A DNA stretch of 64,000 nt from Botryllus schlosseri (taxonomy: Eukaryota), in NCBI GenBank assembly GCA_051294905.1, contig CM119384.1:1240001-1304000 (forward strand), given 5' to 3'. A program made the position numbers and the translations under genes. The notes under the pieces were generated by a model that saw only the letters and a list, made by a program, of their open reading frames with translations, ran no database searches and had not been told where the DNA came from. Positions 50,301 to 60,655 of the stretch are shown one piece after another; within the stretch, counting starts at the first letter, position 1, and every line of letters begins with the position of its first letter.

Positions 50301-53300
50301 AGTCGCTGAACTTCGCCGCATATTATCACTGTGTTGAGTGCTTCGACGTGAAAAACCGTACAGAGTTGGAGGCGGAGAGAAAGATTGCGTTGAAGGCGAG
50401 TTTTCTGAAATTTGTTCACCGGCAGCTGGTTGTTGAGACGGCTGTTGCAGCCGGGGCGGATGTGCCGATGGTAGTCGATTTGACGTTCGAGCCTCATATT
50501 TTTTTTTCATCCTCCGTATTGGTGTTGGAGATTGAAGTTCTCCCCCGCCTGTTACTGTTCCTTTCGCCGACACGTGCTTCCCGCTCGCCATCGAGTTTTT
50601 TGAGTCAAAATTCCCATCAGAACCGCCGGAGAATTTCAAGCCACGCCCTTCCAATGATCCCAGTTGCCACGCTTGTGGAAGCGCAACATGATCGCGCAAC
50701 GGAACGGTATTTGAATTGGCAAATTCGACCGTATTGTGTGACATCTCTTTCGACATGTCTAATAAAGTGAATCGAGGTGGCTGAGGTAATTCCATGCTAT
50801 AAGATTGAATTCCGCTTTTCGCCATTGATTTTTCTGATTCATTTTCAACAGAAATAGCACATTTACGTCTGACGGCATTTGAAGATTTTCTTAACCTTCG
50901 ATTTACAATCCATTTTCGTTTCAACTCCGACTGCCACTCCTTCGCAGTCACCTCTTTGACAACATTTCGATATTCCTTTTCCATATCAATACCGCCAACG
51001 TAGTTCCAAAAGTCACCTTCCCCATAGAATGGTGTTCGAATTCTACACGAGATGAGAAAGGCCGCTACCACAGCGGGCCGGTACAATAAAGGAACGGACT
51101 GCAGACGCATCCTATTTTCAGCAGACCACGAATGCGACACAAGATCCTCAACCGCTTTTGAATAAGAGAGACTTTCACATTTGGACATTTCATGAAGAAC
51201 TTCATAATTCGGAGTACCGTCACGCAACAACGTTTTACTCAATATGGCGTCTGCGTTGGATCCTTCGATAGACACACCCAATCTCAAGCAAGATGCAGAT
51301 ACCAGCACCTTAGCCAGCGGATCCTTCTCGCACATTGAAAGAGCACTGTGCACCAATTCGCGAGCTCGAAGAATAGAGCTCGTCTCCATTTGCTCAACAC
51401 GCTTCAGGATATCTTTGATTTCATCTAGCGGCGATAGTTCCGAGTCAAGTTCCTGCCACGGCACTTCGGAGATTTCATCGACAAAGCAGGACTTCAGCAA
51501 TTCCTCAACAGTCGGTCCCGTGACGACGGACATGTCTTCTCCGGCTTCACGTTTTTCCACCGCGATAAAGCTGGTGAATTTGCAAACCACGGAATTTCTG
51601 ACGCTGAGCGAAATGATGTAAGACTTCCGCTCGTCTCGATATATTTCATCGACCAGGGAACTGTCGGCCAGATTCGCGGCTTCGTGTTCTTTGAAAATCG
51701 CTTTCGAAGCTAGATAATGAAGAGTTCTTCCTGTGACTTTGCTTTGAGAACTGACCGTAACTACTGTTGAGATTTCATTCCCCATAATGCGAGCGTGTAG
51801 AGTCGCTTTAGAGCAGTTTGGAGTGAAACTAAAAGCAGTCAATCGGGACCCACTGAAAACGCATTTGGGTTTTTCGGGTACGTTCACAAATGATTTACGA
51901 GTATCAGTTTCGTAGTTACACCAATCTATGTGCACATTCGTCAAAACCGGCTGTTGTGCGTAACGCAATTGATTCTTAATCTGACCCACCCACGTGTGTT
52001 TGACTGACGGTAAAAACTGCTCGTACTTGCCTCCTGTGAGATCACACATGCTCCGTAGAAAGTGCGCATTCGGCGATTCTCCAACAGCGAACGTAAAGAA
52101 TCTAGTCTGCGAAGAACTAACGTCTGAAATTTTCGACGCTAGTCGTAGTGTTCTTGTCTCCTCCGACAAGTGACCGTCGGAAATCAAAAACACGTTCTGC
52201 AGACTCGTTTGATATGACGAGTCACCGAGGAGTGACATAGCTGCAAGAATATGCACCAAATCCGAACCTCCGAGGTTTGGTTTGCAGGAGTTGATCATAT
52301 CTTTGGCCTTCAGCTTCATGTCATCGGAGGCGTTTTCAAACCTTACAAAGACTTCCTTAAAGTAAGACCCAAACACGACCACATTGAACTTTGTTGTGTC
52401 TGGAAGTAATTCTATTAAATTATTGGCGATATGCTTCGCGTGATTTCCGCTTTTACCGGCCATCGATGACGACATGTCAACCAGAATGGTACAGCAGTAA
52501 TCGTCACAAGCGTCAAAGTGAAATTCCGGGAAAAACGTCACCATAGCCACCTCGTTTGAATGCCCGTCCTCTATGTTATCTGTCCCTGTCTTATCTTCGA
52601 TGCGCTCGACCCAAATTCTGGGCACGTGAATTTCGGCGACTTTCACCAACAGTCGGAGTTTGTTCTTGAGCAAAGACGCAGAGCTTTTCAATTTCACGCA
52701 CGCTTTACTCAAAGTTTTCTTGTAACTTATGCCGTGCGTCGGCGAGCTAATGTCAAGTATATCGTACGGCATGTCGATTGACAGCATCAATGATGTTTTC
52801 TTTGCGTTCTGGGCTACTTTGAGAGAGTTCGTGATTGACTGAGTCGGGGATCCATCAATCAAAGTTGATTCTTGTTTTTGCTCTGATAAATTCTCAGGAA
52901 GTGTAAATAACACGCAGCTATCAGGATCGTTTACGGTTTCCAGCTCACAGACGTACTTGATCTTTATGATCACACGCGCTCTAGCAGGTATGTTGCCCAG
53001 ACTCAACGTAAAAACGTTAGGTTCTTCTTCGTCCATTAGATACGCACCGTGGCCTTGCGAAACCGCTTTTTTGTACTCTTTGCGAGCCTGCTGTTTCTCT
53101 TTCACTTCGCCGACAACATGTTTCTCGTTAATGAAAGCCTCGAATCCGCAAACGGCTGCGTTCTCTTCCAAAGGAAACACATATTTTCCTTCGATTTGCG
53201 AATTTAAATTGTTGTGGTACACTTGGAACACCGTAACCTCCGCGACAAGATCCAGGATTTTGCCGCGTACATGAAATTCTTCAAGATTCACTGCATTTTT

Positions 53301-55145
53301 CGTAGAGCTTACAAGTCCGTACGTCACGCTTTTGACAGACGGTTGAAACGATTCGGCAGATTCAATACTCGGTACATCTATCGTTGGCTTGAAGATCGGC
53401 AATTCCTTTAGCTGGTAATCAGTGCGCAGATTCTCCCCCGGCAATGTGAATTCAATGAGGTACTTCATTCTCTGTTGATTTTCCTTATAGATTGCAAATT
53501 CATTCCCAATCATTTCGCCATTCAAATTCTTTCCACAAACACAATCGAAACCCACTGGAGAAGATTGAAGCTCAGGCATACTTTTTTCAGTATTGTAAAC
53601 GCGCCCCAATGCAATTTCACTCACGAGCATCAGTCGCGTACCACGACTCTCACTCACGTTGGTGTATTTAGAAGATATCTGAAACGAGTCGGAGAAGTAT
53701 ATGCCGTGCCCTAGCTTCCCTTCATCTGTTCTGGGAATGCCTAATTCAGCAGACGCTTTCGATGGCATGACGAGACCTTTCGATAAAATACTGACGAAGT
53801 TGGACGTAGCTGACGAATGGAACAAGAGCCTTTTATTTTTCATTCCCGAGCGAAATTCGATGTCTTCCACCGTCCGACTGACTCGGTATATATTCACGAT
53901 TTCGTGTCTGCCTTCGTTTTGCGCCGGCAGCAAGTCTTTCACAAGCTTAAATTCATTTTCCGAAGGGCTAACATACCTGATCACGCAGTTCAGCGCAGAA
54001 TATTGCAGCATAAACGAGCGTAGGTCTACTGTATTCAAGAGATTTTCCTTGACACAAACTACATCTCTCAAAATCTGACAGATTTCACGTTCTTTCGCGA
54101 CTTTCCGAACAGAATCGATTACTTCCGTTGACTTTCTGCGGACGTACGTGTAGAATTCAGCAGAAAGCTTGCTACAATCTTTCCCTTCCTTGATTGCTTT
54201 CTCAATTTTCAGCAACGCCACCAGTCCGTTTCTCACATCGTGCGGAGTAATACTCTGAGAAATTACATCATACTCGGCAAGTGCTCCCAAGGAATCTTCC
54301 CAGAGAGTAGCGACCAAATGCTGTACTTTCTCATGTAAAGATCCTTTCGAAATTTTCATTTCTTCCAGTAAATTCTGCAATTTTTCTGTAGCCACGCCCT
54401 CAGCGGCAATCTCCATAATGTCCGTACATCTCCTTATATCGTTGCTTTCGATAGATTTTATCACAGATTCGTAACAGCGAGTTAAATCGTACAAATTCTT
54501 CACAAAATACATGGACCTGCGGACTTTGGTGTCACCGGTATGTTTTTGGCTGACCATAACGCGATACAACTCACCAGATTCGCTAGATACGTGAGCTTCA
54601 ACGCAGACAGCCCATTCATTTTTCTGGTTTGTTAGGAAAGAAAATTTAGCGACTTGAAACGTCTCAGGAAAATCAGGACATTCAGCACCGTCAAGCTTGT
54701 ATCTTTTCAACTTTTCCAAACTGAATTCCACCTTCTTTTTCTGTCTACTTTTATCGACCTTGTCACGAATAGAAATAGCTCCCCTTGAAAACTTATCTTT
54801 GATACCGCGCAGCACAGCTTCAGATTGCGGAGCAGGCAGTAGTTTACCGGCCGCGACACAGTCGCCCAGGAATTTCTCTGGAACCACAGAAACACCAATT
54901 TTCATAGCTTTTTGATGTCGGTATGTTTCTCTGTCAGAGTCACAAACGAAGAACGTCGTGTTTTTATTCAAAGTATAAGATATCTGACCGCCGTTTACCG
55001 TCACAAGCTGTCGTAGCGTCTTTTTGGCTTCCATTGTGTGTTGATGGAAATGGAACACGAATTGAACGCCGTTGAATATTCCTGGGTGTTTATCAATGGA
55101 AGGAGCAGGCATCACTGCTGGTTCACCTTGATAAAGCAGTGCCAC
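47358..55145 (-). CDS. PARP4: PARP4/vault PARP-like protein in one uninterrupted ORF (BRCT-PARP-VIT-vWA-repeat region-C-terminal MVP-binding-like region)
   Basis: 2595-codon ORF, first ATG at 55112. BRCT (GIFNGVQFVF...NGGQISYTLN); PARP catalytic LLFHSS (His at 53819), GIYFSDS, NEFAIY; VIT (EGKYVFPLEENAAVCGFEAFINEKHVVGEVKEKQQARKEY); vWA MIDAS DMSSSM and FLISDG; C-terminal RLELGSSW resembling the PARP4 C-terminus. Confidence 0.93.
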   Translation of the reverse strand: MALLYQGEPAVMPAPSIDKHPGIFNGVQFVFHFHQHTMEAKKTLRQLVTVNGGQISYTLNKNTTFFVCDSDRETYRHQKAMKIGVSVVPEKFLGDCVAAGKLLPAPQSEAVLRGIKDKFSRGAISIRDKVDKSRQKKKVEFSLEKLKRYKLDGAECPDFPETFQVAKFSFLTNQKNEWAVCVEAHVSSESGELYRVMVSQKHTGDTKVRRSMYFVKNLYDLTRCYESVIKSIESNDIRRCTDIMEIAAEGVATEKLQNLLEEMKISKGSLHEKVQHLVATLWEDSLGALAEYDVISQSITPHDVRNGLVALLKIEKAIKEGKDCSKLSAEFYTYVRRKSTEVIDSVRKVAKEREICQILRDVVCVKENLLNTVDLRSFMLQYSALNCVIRYVSPSENEFKLVKDLLPAQNEGRHEIVNIYRVSRTVEDIEFRSGMKNKRLLFHSSATSNFVSILSKGLVMPSKASAELGIPRTDEGKLGHGIYFSDSFQISSKYTNVSESRGTRLMLVSEIALGRVYNTEKSMPELQSSPVGFDCVCGKNLNGEMIGNEFAIYKENQQRMKYLIEFTLPGENLRTDYQLKELPIFKPTIDVPSIESAESFQPSVKSVTYGLVSSTKNAVNLEEFHVRGKILDLVAEVTVFQVYHNNLNSQIEGKYVFPLEENAAVCGFEAFINEKHVVGEVKEKQQARKEYKKAVSQGHGAYLMDEEEPNVFTLSLGNIPARARVIIKIKYVCELETVNDPDSCVLFTLPENLSEQKQESTLIDGSPTQSITNSLKVAQNAKKTSLMLSIDMPYDILDISSPTHGISYKKTLSKACVKLKSSASLLKNKLRLLVKVAEIHVPRIWVERIEDKTGTDNIEDGHSNEVAMVTFFPEFHFDACDDYCCTILVDMSSSMAGKSGNHAKHIANNLIELLPDTTKFNVVVFGSYFKEVFVRFENASDDMKLKAKDMINSCKPNLGGSDLVHILAAMSLLGDSSYQTSLQNVFLISDGHLSEETRTLRLASKISDVSSSQTRFFTFAVGESPNAHFLRSMCDLTGGKYEQFLPSVKHTWVGQIKNQLRYAQQPVLTNVHIDWCNYETDTRKSFVNVPEKPKCVFSGSRLTAFSFTPNCSKATLHARIMGNEISTVVTVSSQSKVTGRTLHYLASKAIFKEHEAANLADSSLVDEIYRDERKSYIISLSVRNSVVCKFTSFIAVEKREAGEDMSVVTGPTVEELLKSCFVDEISEVPWQELDSELSPLDEIKDILKRVEQMETSSILRARELVHSALSMCEKDPLAKVLVSASCLRLGVSIEGSNADAILSKTLLRDGTPNYEVLHEMSKCESLSYSKAVEDLVSHSWSAENRMRLQSVPLLYRPAVVAAFLISCRIRTPFYGEGDFWNYVGGIDMEKEYRNVVKEVTAKEWQSELKRKWIVNRRLRKSSNAVRRKCAISVENESEKSMAKSGIQSYSMELPQPPRFTLLDMSKEMSHNTVEFANSNTVPLRDHVALPQAWQLGSLEGRGLKFSGGSDGNFDSKNSMASGKHVSAKGTVTGGGELQSPTPIRRMKKKYEARTSNRLPSAHPPRLQQPSQQPAAGEQISENSPSTQSFSPPPTLYGFSRRSTQHSDNMRRSSATMERVAAAAPIRKSATVIPGTNLVPSVDSAPYKSVLGSSLNQDKESDDGVETARMDSLKQKLLMASAPSALKATDCLVLENLSDTPCINPYAYRAASASNRLASSIRDKQSDDYMGYSFSHPITPEHPMPPKPRNFGLEKSKASMKQIFTKGTVTGEGELHPLTPLRMTVPQMPRPLLARAPRLYQPSQKPASGRQTAENLPSTQPFASPSTLFGFSHQTAKHSDYKRLSSPIMADNLERVAAAAPVRKSDIPGTNLVPSPDKSDWRASLNQGKESDDGVGSALFDSIEQEQPTPPWEMKNSGSRSIPMAPPRFLSIDSGSPPVSKEGRHGFKFSGGSDLNSGLEKSMANVTYLSAGGTVTGGGELQSPTALHKKKRHFTAAQMSRLQLDHSPMLAQPSHKLAAGGQTAENLPSMQPAQPFASTSTLSSSSRQSAQYSACMQQQSATIPDKEDRGYGTSRYAAMQQRDVEVNFKKYASRARAAAAQAIAITETAGTNLVPPVSSATYKSDLRASSSQDKESDDGVGSALFDLLEQEQLTPPIVLKVFEEDRECYGQILEPFSGSLSTPSRSLRLNADVNAEPTGSKAAPQATAAPARESPVAAVAYRSHLRASLNQDEESDDGVGYEFSCPIPPEHPTPPVPRGYSAQTPLHGSSRLSESPACQHSYLPTPTSSPPVKSRHHDRTQRYSNFSPEEEQMFLEAAVSLSHLGTKNRDSLLSATRSKSNLKLSANLAEETNSDDDTSATSSDGTSSASSEDTSSASPDPMTPELPSPPEFFGCQASLETSGIDESIFRHFCDDDDDDYGDCILSSYDVYEDCSAPVRSLARMRYTENVPGLSRREVNSKEDFDELLVRIAIELIELSGGSEKYMENLAEKAAEKIVIASGGKSLDPTSFNQAKKMLCQSALILLYEAFVRFGNKHFAILVERLKKERKLADAKCPMIYDRLELGSSWEAAARKVIVAIDLQHDVCEWFDNSVDL

Positions 55146-55977
55146 AATAAGAGGTGGTTACAATCAGAGGCGCTGCTACTTAAGTTGTAGAAGTAGTGAC
55201 TTCCAAGATATGACAAAAACTTGGACTTGTCAGAACAAATACCAATTTGCGCTCAATTGCAACTGGTAGAAGCAGAGTTATTGCAGTTAAAAATTTTGGA
55301 TTAAAAAAATAGCATTGACAGTGGTTAATCAGATAATTATTAATGAAAAACTCATATAACTTTGCTTCTACGGGTTGGAATTCCGTTAAATTTGCTTTGC
55401 ATTGTTTTGTTGACAACTTATCAATTTTGTGGGGTAAACAGTGAAATTGGAAAAAAAAATTAAATTTTTATTATCATAAATTCAAAATTTTTAAAATCCT
55501 ATAGCTTCACATCTACTGCTTCGAATCGAGCAAAATTTGGTGTGCAGCGTTGATCAATTAGCCTCAAAAATTTGAAAAATAAGTTAATGCTCAGAGACAC
55601 ATGACACTACTGATTAGGATGAATCTTCGAAAATATATTACAGTGATACAGGAGAGATTTCGCAAGGTTCTTTCGGACAATTTCACTTATGCCAAGTGTT
55701 GAAAAGTTTTGTTAAAACAGCTGTCTACTTTTGAAAATTAAAATTGTAAAAATAACATAACCGATTGAGTATGTGGTGCAAGTCGCCAAAACCTACTCTG
55801 AAAAAGTCGATACTAATGATAACCAAACAAAGCCGTCTTGACTTGTACAAAACTAATCAGAAAATGCATTTCTACTTTGATATCGCAAAAATGAAATTAT
55901 ACTATTGATAATGTATGACTCAAATAACATATTTAGTCAGTGAATTGTATCCAAAGCTAAAAAGCTGTACCACCAAC

Positions 55978-58969
55978 CTGTAACAGGGCTGGATGTCTCT
56001 TTGAAAGCAAGAGCCTGATTCAGACCGTGGCACCACTGGTCCAAAATATTGTGTGATCTGTCAAAAGAATGTAAGCAAAAAATTTGTCATCTCAAAAATG
56101 ATGAAACAGAAGACAGGAGAGGATCCCCACCTTTCTTTGTCACTGCTTCGTACGTACATCACTATTTTTGAATCCGCAAATTTCAAGCTCAACCGAGTCC
56201 CATTTTTGAGTAGTCTCACACCCGCAATTGAAGTCAGAGGAATTTGCTGACAGGATAATGGGTCGCGCTTAAAATAGCGCAAAAAAGCAACAAAAATATG
56301 AATCACTGATACCTTGAAAATCAAAGATCCACCTTTAGACAAATACAGTGTGATGACGCCATCCTGAAATTTCCAAAAGTGACGTTTTTCCTGCAGAGTT
56401 AAATTAGGATTTAGTGAAAGTTCATACAAATACAAAAAACTTGTCAAATCGAGATATACGGCGGCATCTCTTTTTATAGCTTGTAAACCTGACATTACCT
56501 TGGAGTCAGTATTGGTGCTATGCATGAGCCAATTCTCCAAAGAAGGCTTGTCCAAGGCGTTTGGCTGTGAGAATAAATGAAATACATGTAATAAATTCAA
56601 CTATTCATAAAAGACAAAGCAAATAGGCTACCTTTTCTTGAAGTATTTACAATGAAACCAATATCAATGAGTATCTATTTAATTATGAAAGCACATTATT
56701 AAATACAATTGTGATAAAATATTACGTTTGATCAGTTAGACTTCATGACAAAAATTGATTACGGTCAGTTACACAAAATAGGAAACAGGATCAATGGCTT
56801 TGTGAAATACTTATGTAGTGCGAAAACATGTTTCAAATACAAGAACTCACTATAGGTATAAAAAATGTGGGTCTATTTAGCCAACAATTTTGATAGAATA
56901 CATCCACGGTATGGAGTAAAATCAGCAGTAAAGTATGCACAAGAATTAAAATGACAACAGTCTGCGTACTGATGGTAGGGAAAGGAGCCATTAGTTCAAC
57001 CATCAGTAACTAAGAGCCATAAATCAGGGTTGCAATGACTCGAGTCATGACTCGACTCGGCAAATTTTCGTTGTCTCGACTTGACTCGAGTTATTTTCTT
57101 AAAAGTGGATAATAACTTGACTCGAGTCAATTTGTGTATTGACTCGATTTGTACTCGAGTCATTACGCATGACTCGACCAAGTCATATGACTCGGCACAT
57201 TCTATATGACCTATTCAAGTCTCTTATATCAGGACCGATCATTGAAAAATTGGCCCAGAAACTATTTTTTCTATTTGTATAAACATGTTTAGTGCGAAAA
57301 ATGAATATATTTCGAATCCAAGGCCTTCGATATCACCCAAGAGTTTTCCAGAAGCGAGTTGAAACAGACTTGAACTGATAAGTACACTATGACTTGGACT
57401 CGGACTCGAGTCTTAACACAACGATTCGGACTCGTCCTGTTGCTTCCTGACTTGGACTTGACTCGGCAGTGAGCTGAAAATGACACGAATTGACTCGAGT
57501 CAAAACTATAAAAGTCAAATTGACTTGTGACTCGGACCTTGTGACTTGGTTATAACGAGGGCAAGTTTTTGCAACTTTTTTTACTGCTTCCGGCAGTTTC
57601 CTAAATACTCAGAAGTTATTTAGTTTTAAGCTGTTTGGAGGAATCATATAGTGCAACTTTTTGGAGCTTTGCTCCATTTTTTCAGACTAGTTTAATTCAA
57701 CTTTATCGCTATTTCATGCAACTTTTATCGATTTTTCATATAAATTTTTGCAAGATTTTTATTTTATTTTCCATGTATCTAACTTTTTACTGGAAATATT
57801 TGGCACTATATGTAAATAGATCGATTGATTATTTCACTGTCGTTTAAATTTGAGGTCCTTTATGATTTGACGTATATTCAGGCTAGACCGCCGAAAATTA
57901 TATTCTCATTTGGTCAATGTTTTCAGGCTATTGATTTTGTTGAAGTCGCCAACGCTGAGTTTTGCTACAGTGCCTTGGATACGGATCAATTAGAGTATCT
58001 CATACCCTCATAATTTCAAGGAACTTGTCCATAAATGCAACTTTGTAGTGTAACTTTTGCGAAAAAAAAATCGCAACTTTCGTCGGATTTGACTGCAACA
58101 AAAACTTGCCCTAGTTATAACATTGCTATAAATATTTAGATTTTGCAGCTTAATTTTGATACAAAGATACAATGCTGATCTAGTTATGCATTACACTTAT
58201 GAACAACAATAAATATAACATATCTAAATTCCCAACCTTTTCATTTTCGTTGGTAATTGCTTGAGGCAATATCCAGCCAGCAGGGGAAGTTGAGAATTGT
58301 TGTTTGAGTGGTTTCAGGTCAAGTTTTTGTTCCAATTTGCATCCATCCAATGCAAGCATACTAGAATGAGACTGGCTGTATAAGTTAACTTAAATTAACT
58401 TACTCGGTAGCACATTCATTAATTTCAGACATTGTCTGACATAGTGTCAATATTGATCTGTATTTGACATGATAAGCAACATGTTCACAACAATATCAAC
58501 AGGTTCACAACCACAGAGATGTTAATCATTTAAGAATTCATGACACGGATCAAAAAGTAATCAAAGAATGCGTACTCGTGGCAATGAGTTTTAAAACTTA
58601 CTGCAAGACTTTATTGTCCAATGGACCGGTACCTGATGATGCCTGTAACATAAAAAATGATATAGTTCTCTCATTCACAAAATTTCATGCTGGTGACGTC
58701 ATATTTTGTGATACGATTGTTGATATACAATGTTCTTTCCAATTCTCTACTAGTTGCTGACGATTACCCCTGACGAAAATCAGCCGAAAATATTTGTGTT
58801 CATTTCAATATGAATATACTATTTAATTGTATATTGAAGTTCTGTACCTCCAAGAAGCAGTTCAAACTGAATAAACAAGCATAAAATTCGTACTTACCAA
58901 CATGGACATTTCTTGAATTGCTGCTTTCAGCTGTAATATTTCAAGATCAGATAATGGTGGAATTGAAAT
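55978..58969 (-). CDS. Multi-exon coding segment ending in a PH domain (partial model)
   Basis: Phase-consistent GT-AG exons 58969-58898, 58642-58602, 58457-58404, 58360 (or 58375)-58237, 56564-56499, 56390-56313, 56267-56131, 56057-55978. PH-like part: PSLENWLMHSTNTDSK/EKRHFWKFQDGVITLYLSK.../QIPLTSIAGVRLL...SLKFADSKIVMYVR.../LDQWCHGLNQAL. Confidence 0.65.
57557..58113. mobile_element. hAT-like MITE family C copy
   Basis: TIRs gagggcaagttt...aaacttgcccta; TSD gttataac. Confidence 0.85.
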
Positions 58970-60655
58970 CTATCGCATCTGGGGTGTAGCTGAATATTTT
59001 TCTGATAACAAGCTTTAAAGGTTTAGGTTGGATAAAAATGTGAAATTGTATTAGGCAGACGGTACAACAGACTGCATTATGTCAATAGCAGACTACGTAA
59101 ACACAGGGAGTATTATTGCCTTTAATGTTGACATTTCAAAGCCCCAACAAGCCATACAGGTTGACGAGAAAAAGCAGTGAATTTTGAGGAATAGGCCTAT
59201 CTAACGAATTAAATTCATACCAAGTGTGGCAATGTAACAAAAGCAAACAATCTAAAAAATACTCTTACAGGTACAGAACCTCCATCATATCGCATAAAAC
59301 AGCATGTCCCTAGATTTATTAGAACATGCATTTCACACTCGGTGAAAAATTTGCCCTTGACTAATCCCCTGAAGCTCGATTCAGATCAGGCAAAGGCCAG
59401 TAATTCTGCCATTAGCAAACATTTGTTGGACAATTCTGTTTGTGCCAGAGATTATAGAGACAGTTGTCGCTGGGAGAGGCCATTCACACTTTCATTTGTC
59501 TGCCTTGGAGTCGACTTTTATCAAAATACTACCTAGTTTGTGCCAACAAAAATAGTACATTGAGCCTATCTCTTCGCCTCGATTATTCTAAATTTCATGC
59601 CGGTGATGTCATATTTGGTGATACGATTGTTGATACACAATGTTCTTATATTTGCATATGGCAGAATTCCAGGCCGTTGCCTGTTCTATTTCCACTTTTA
59701 GGAGCGAGTCAAAAAAAACGACCTTCTCTCCAACTGATGCGCAAGTTTTAACAAATCTAGGAATATTCTGTTTTAGGCGGTCCTGATCTAAAAAGCACTG
59801 TTCAAACTCCTGTTCTATGATCCAAATTTCTATCGAAAAACCTTGCTGGTTCACCACACAAGCACATCATTTCAGACTTGCCGTGTTATCATAGAGTTGC
59901 ACCACACACCACTGACATAACAGGATGTCTAGTCACCATGTACATAAACTGTTATGCATATTCGTTAATGATCTGCTATGAGTATCATGTAGTTGAAAAT
60001 CGGTTATAATTGCATCGACGGGATACACCACATACAATTGCCACTATTATGATTTTGAATATCTATAGAATCAGTAAAAGAGAAATAGACACCGATGGTC
60101 CAGAAAAAAATGGCAATAAAACAGATTGAATTTACAATATAAAGGACACCAAGCACGAAGAATCATGCATCTTGAATTAGCGAATGAAAGTACAGGAAAA
60201 GCAAAACAACAATTTCTACTGAATCAATACTAGTCAGCCCTCAAGTTCACTGGACCACGACCAGACAAATCGATCTCGTCTTCCGGCACATACCACCTCA
60301 TGTCGCCTGTCCTTTTATATTATTTTCTTTCACTTTTCATTTAGTGTGCATGCCTCCTTTTTACATCGCCCAAGTCAGGTGGGTGTCTGAAATCGAAGAC
60401 ATCTCCAAGTCGTTTCGACACCTTCTTATCTTTCATTGTATGTAATTGTTAACAATAAGTTGAATTGAATTTTGAATGTATACTCTAAGGTCTCAATATA
60501 ATTTGATATAATATACGCCCGTATTTATCGAATAACATCTGCTTCTCTGTGAACGCTAACTTGACCATTTTACAAAACCCTACACAAATAAATGCACATG
60601 CTGCTGAATTGCTGTTCGTAGAATTACCTAGCAAAGCAAACATAAATATCCTCAC

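Noticed and set aside
53700-53830. PARP catalytic HG replaced by HS, suggesting an inactive enzyme
   Set aside because: His, Tyr and Glu of the triad are present, and I recall HS variants in non-mammalian PARP4 (unverified); not distinctive.
47374-54915. Short ORFs overlapping PARP4 (and those overlapping the LINE)
   Set aside because: Antisense or alternative-frame shadows of long coding sequence; no recognisable domains.
56990-57550. CRISPR-like or regulatory array of gactcgagtc units (also 3925-4035, 27800-28030)
   Set aside because: Irregular subrepeats of a eukaryotic MITE family; no constant repeat-spacer period.
58970-60655. Exons linking the clathrin-like and PH blocks (e.g. QDRLKQNIPRFVKTCASVGEK; YFDKSRLQGRQMK)
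   Set aside because: Several candidate splice sites, but no unique phase-consistent chain and no homology support.
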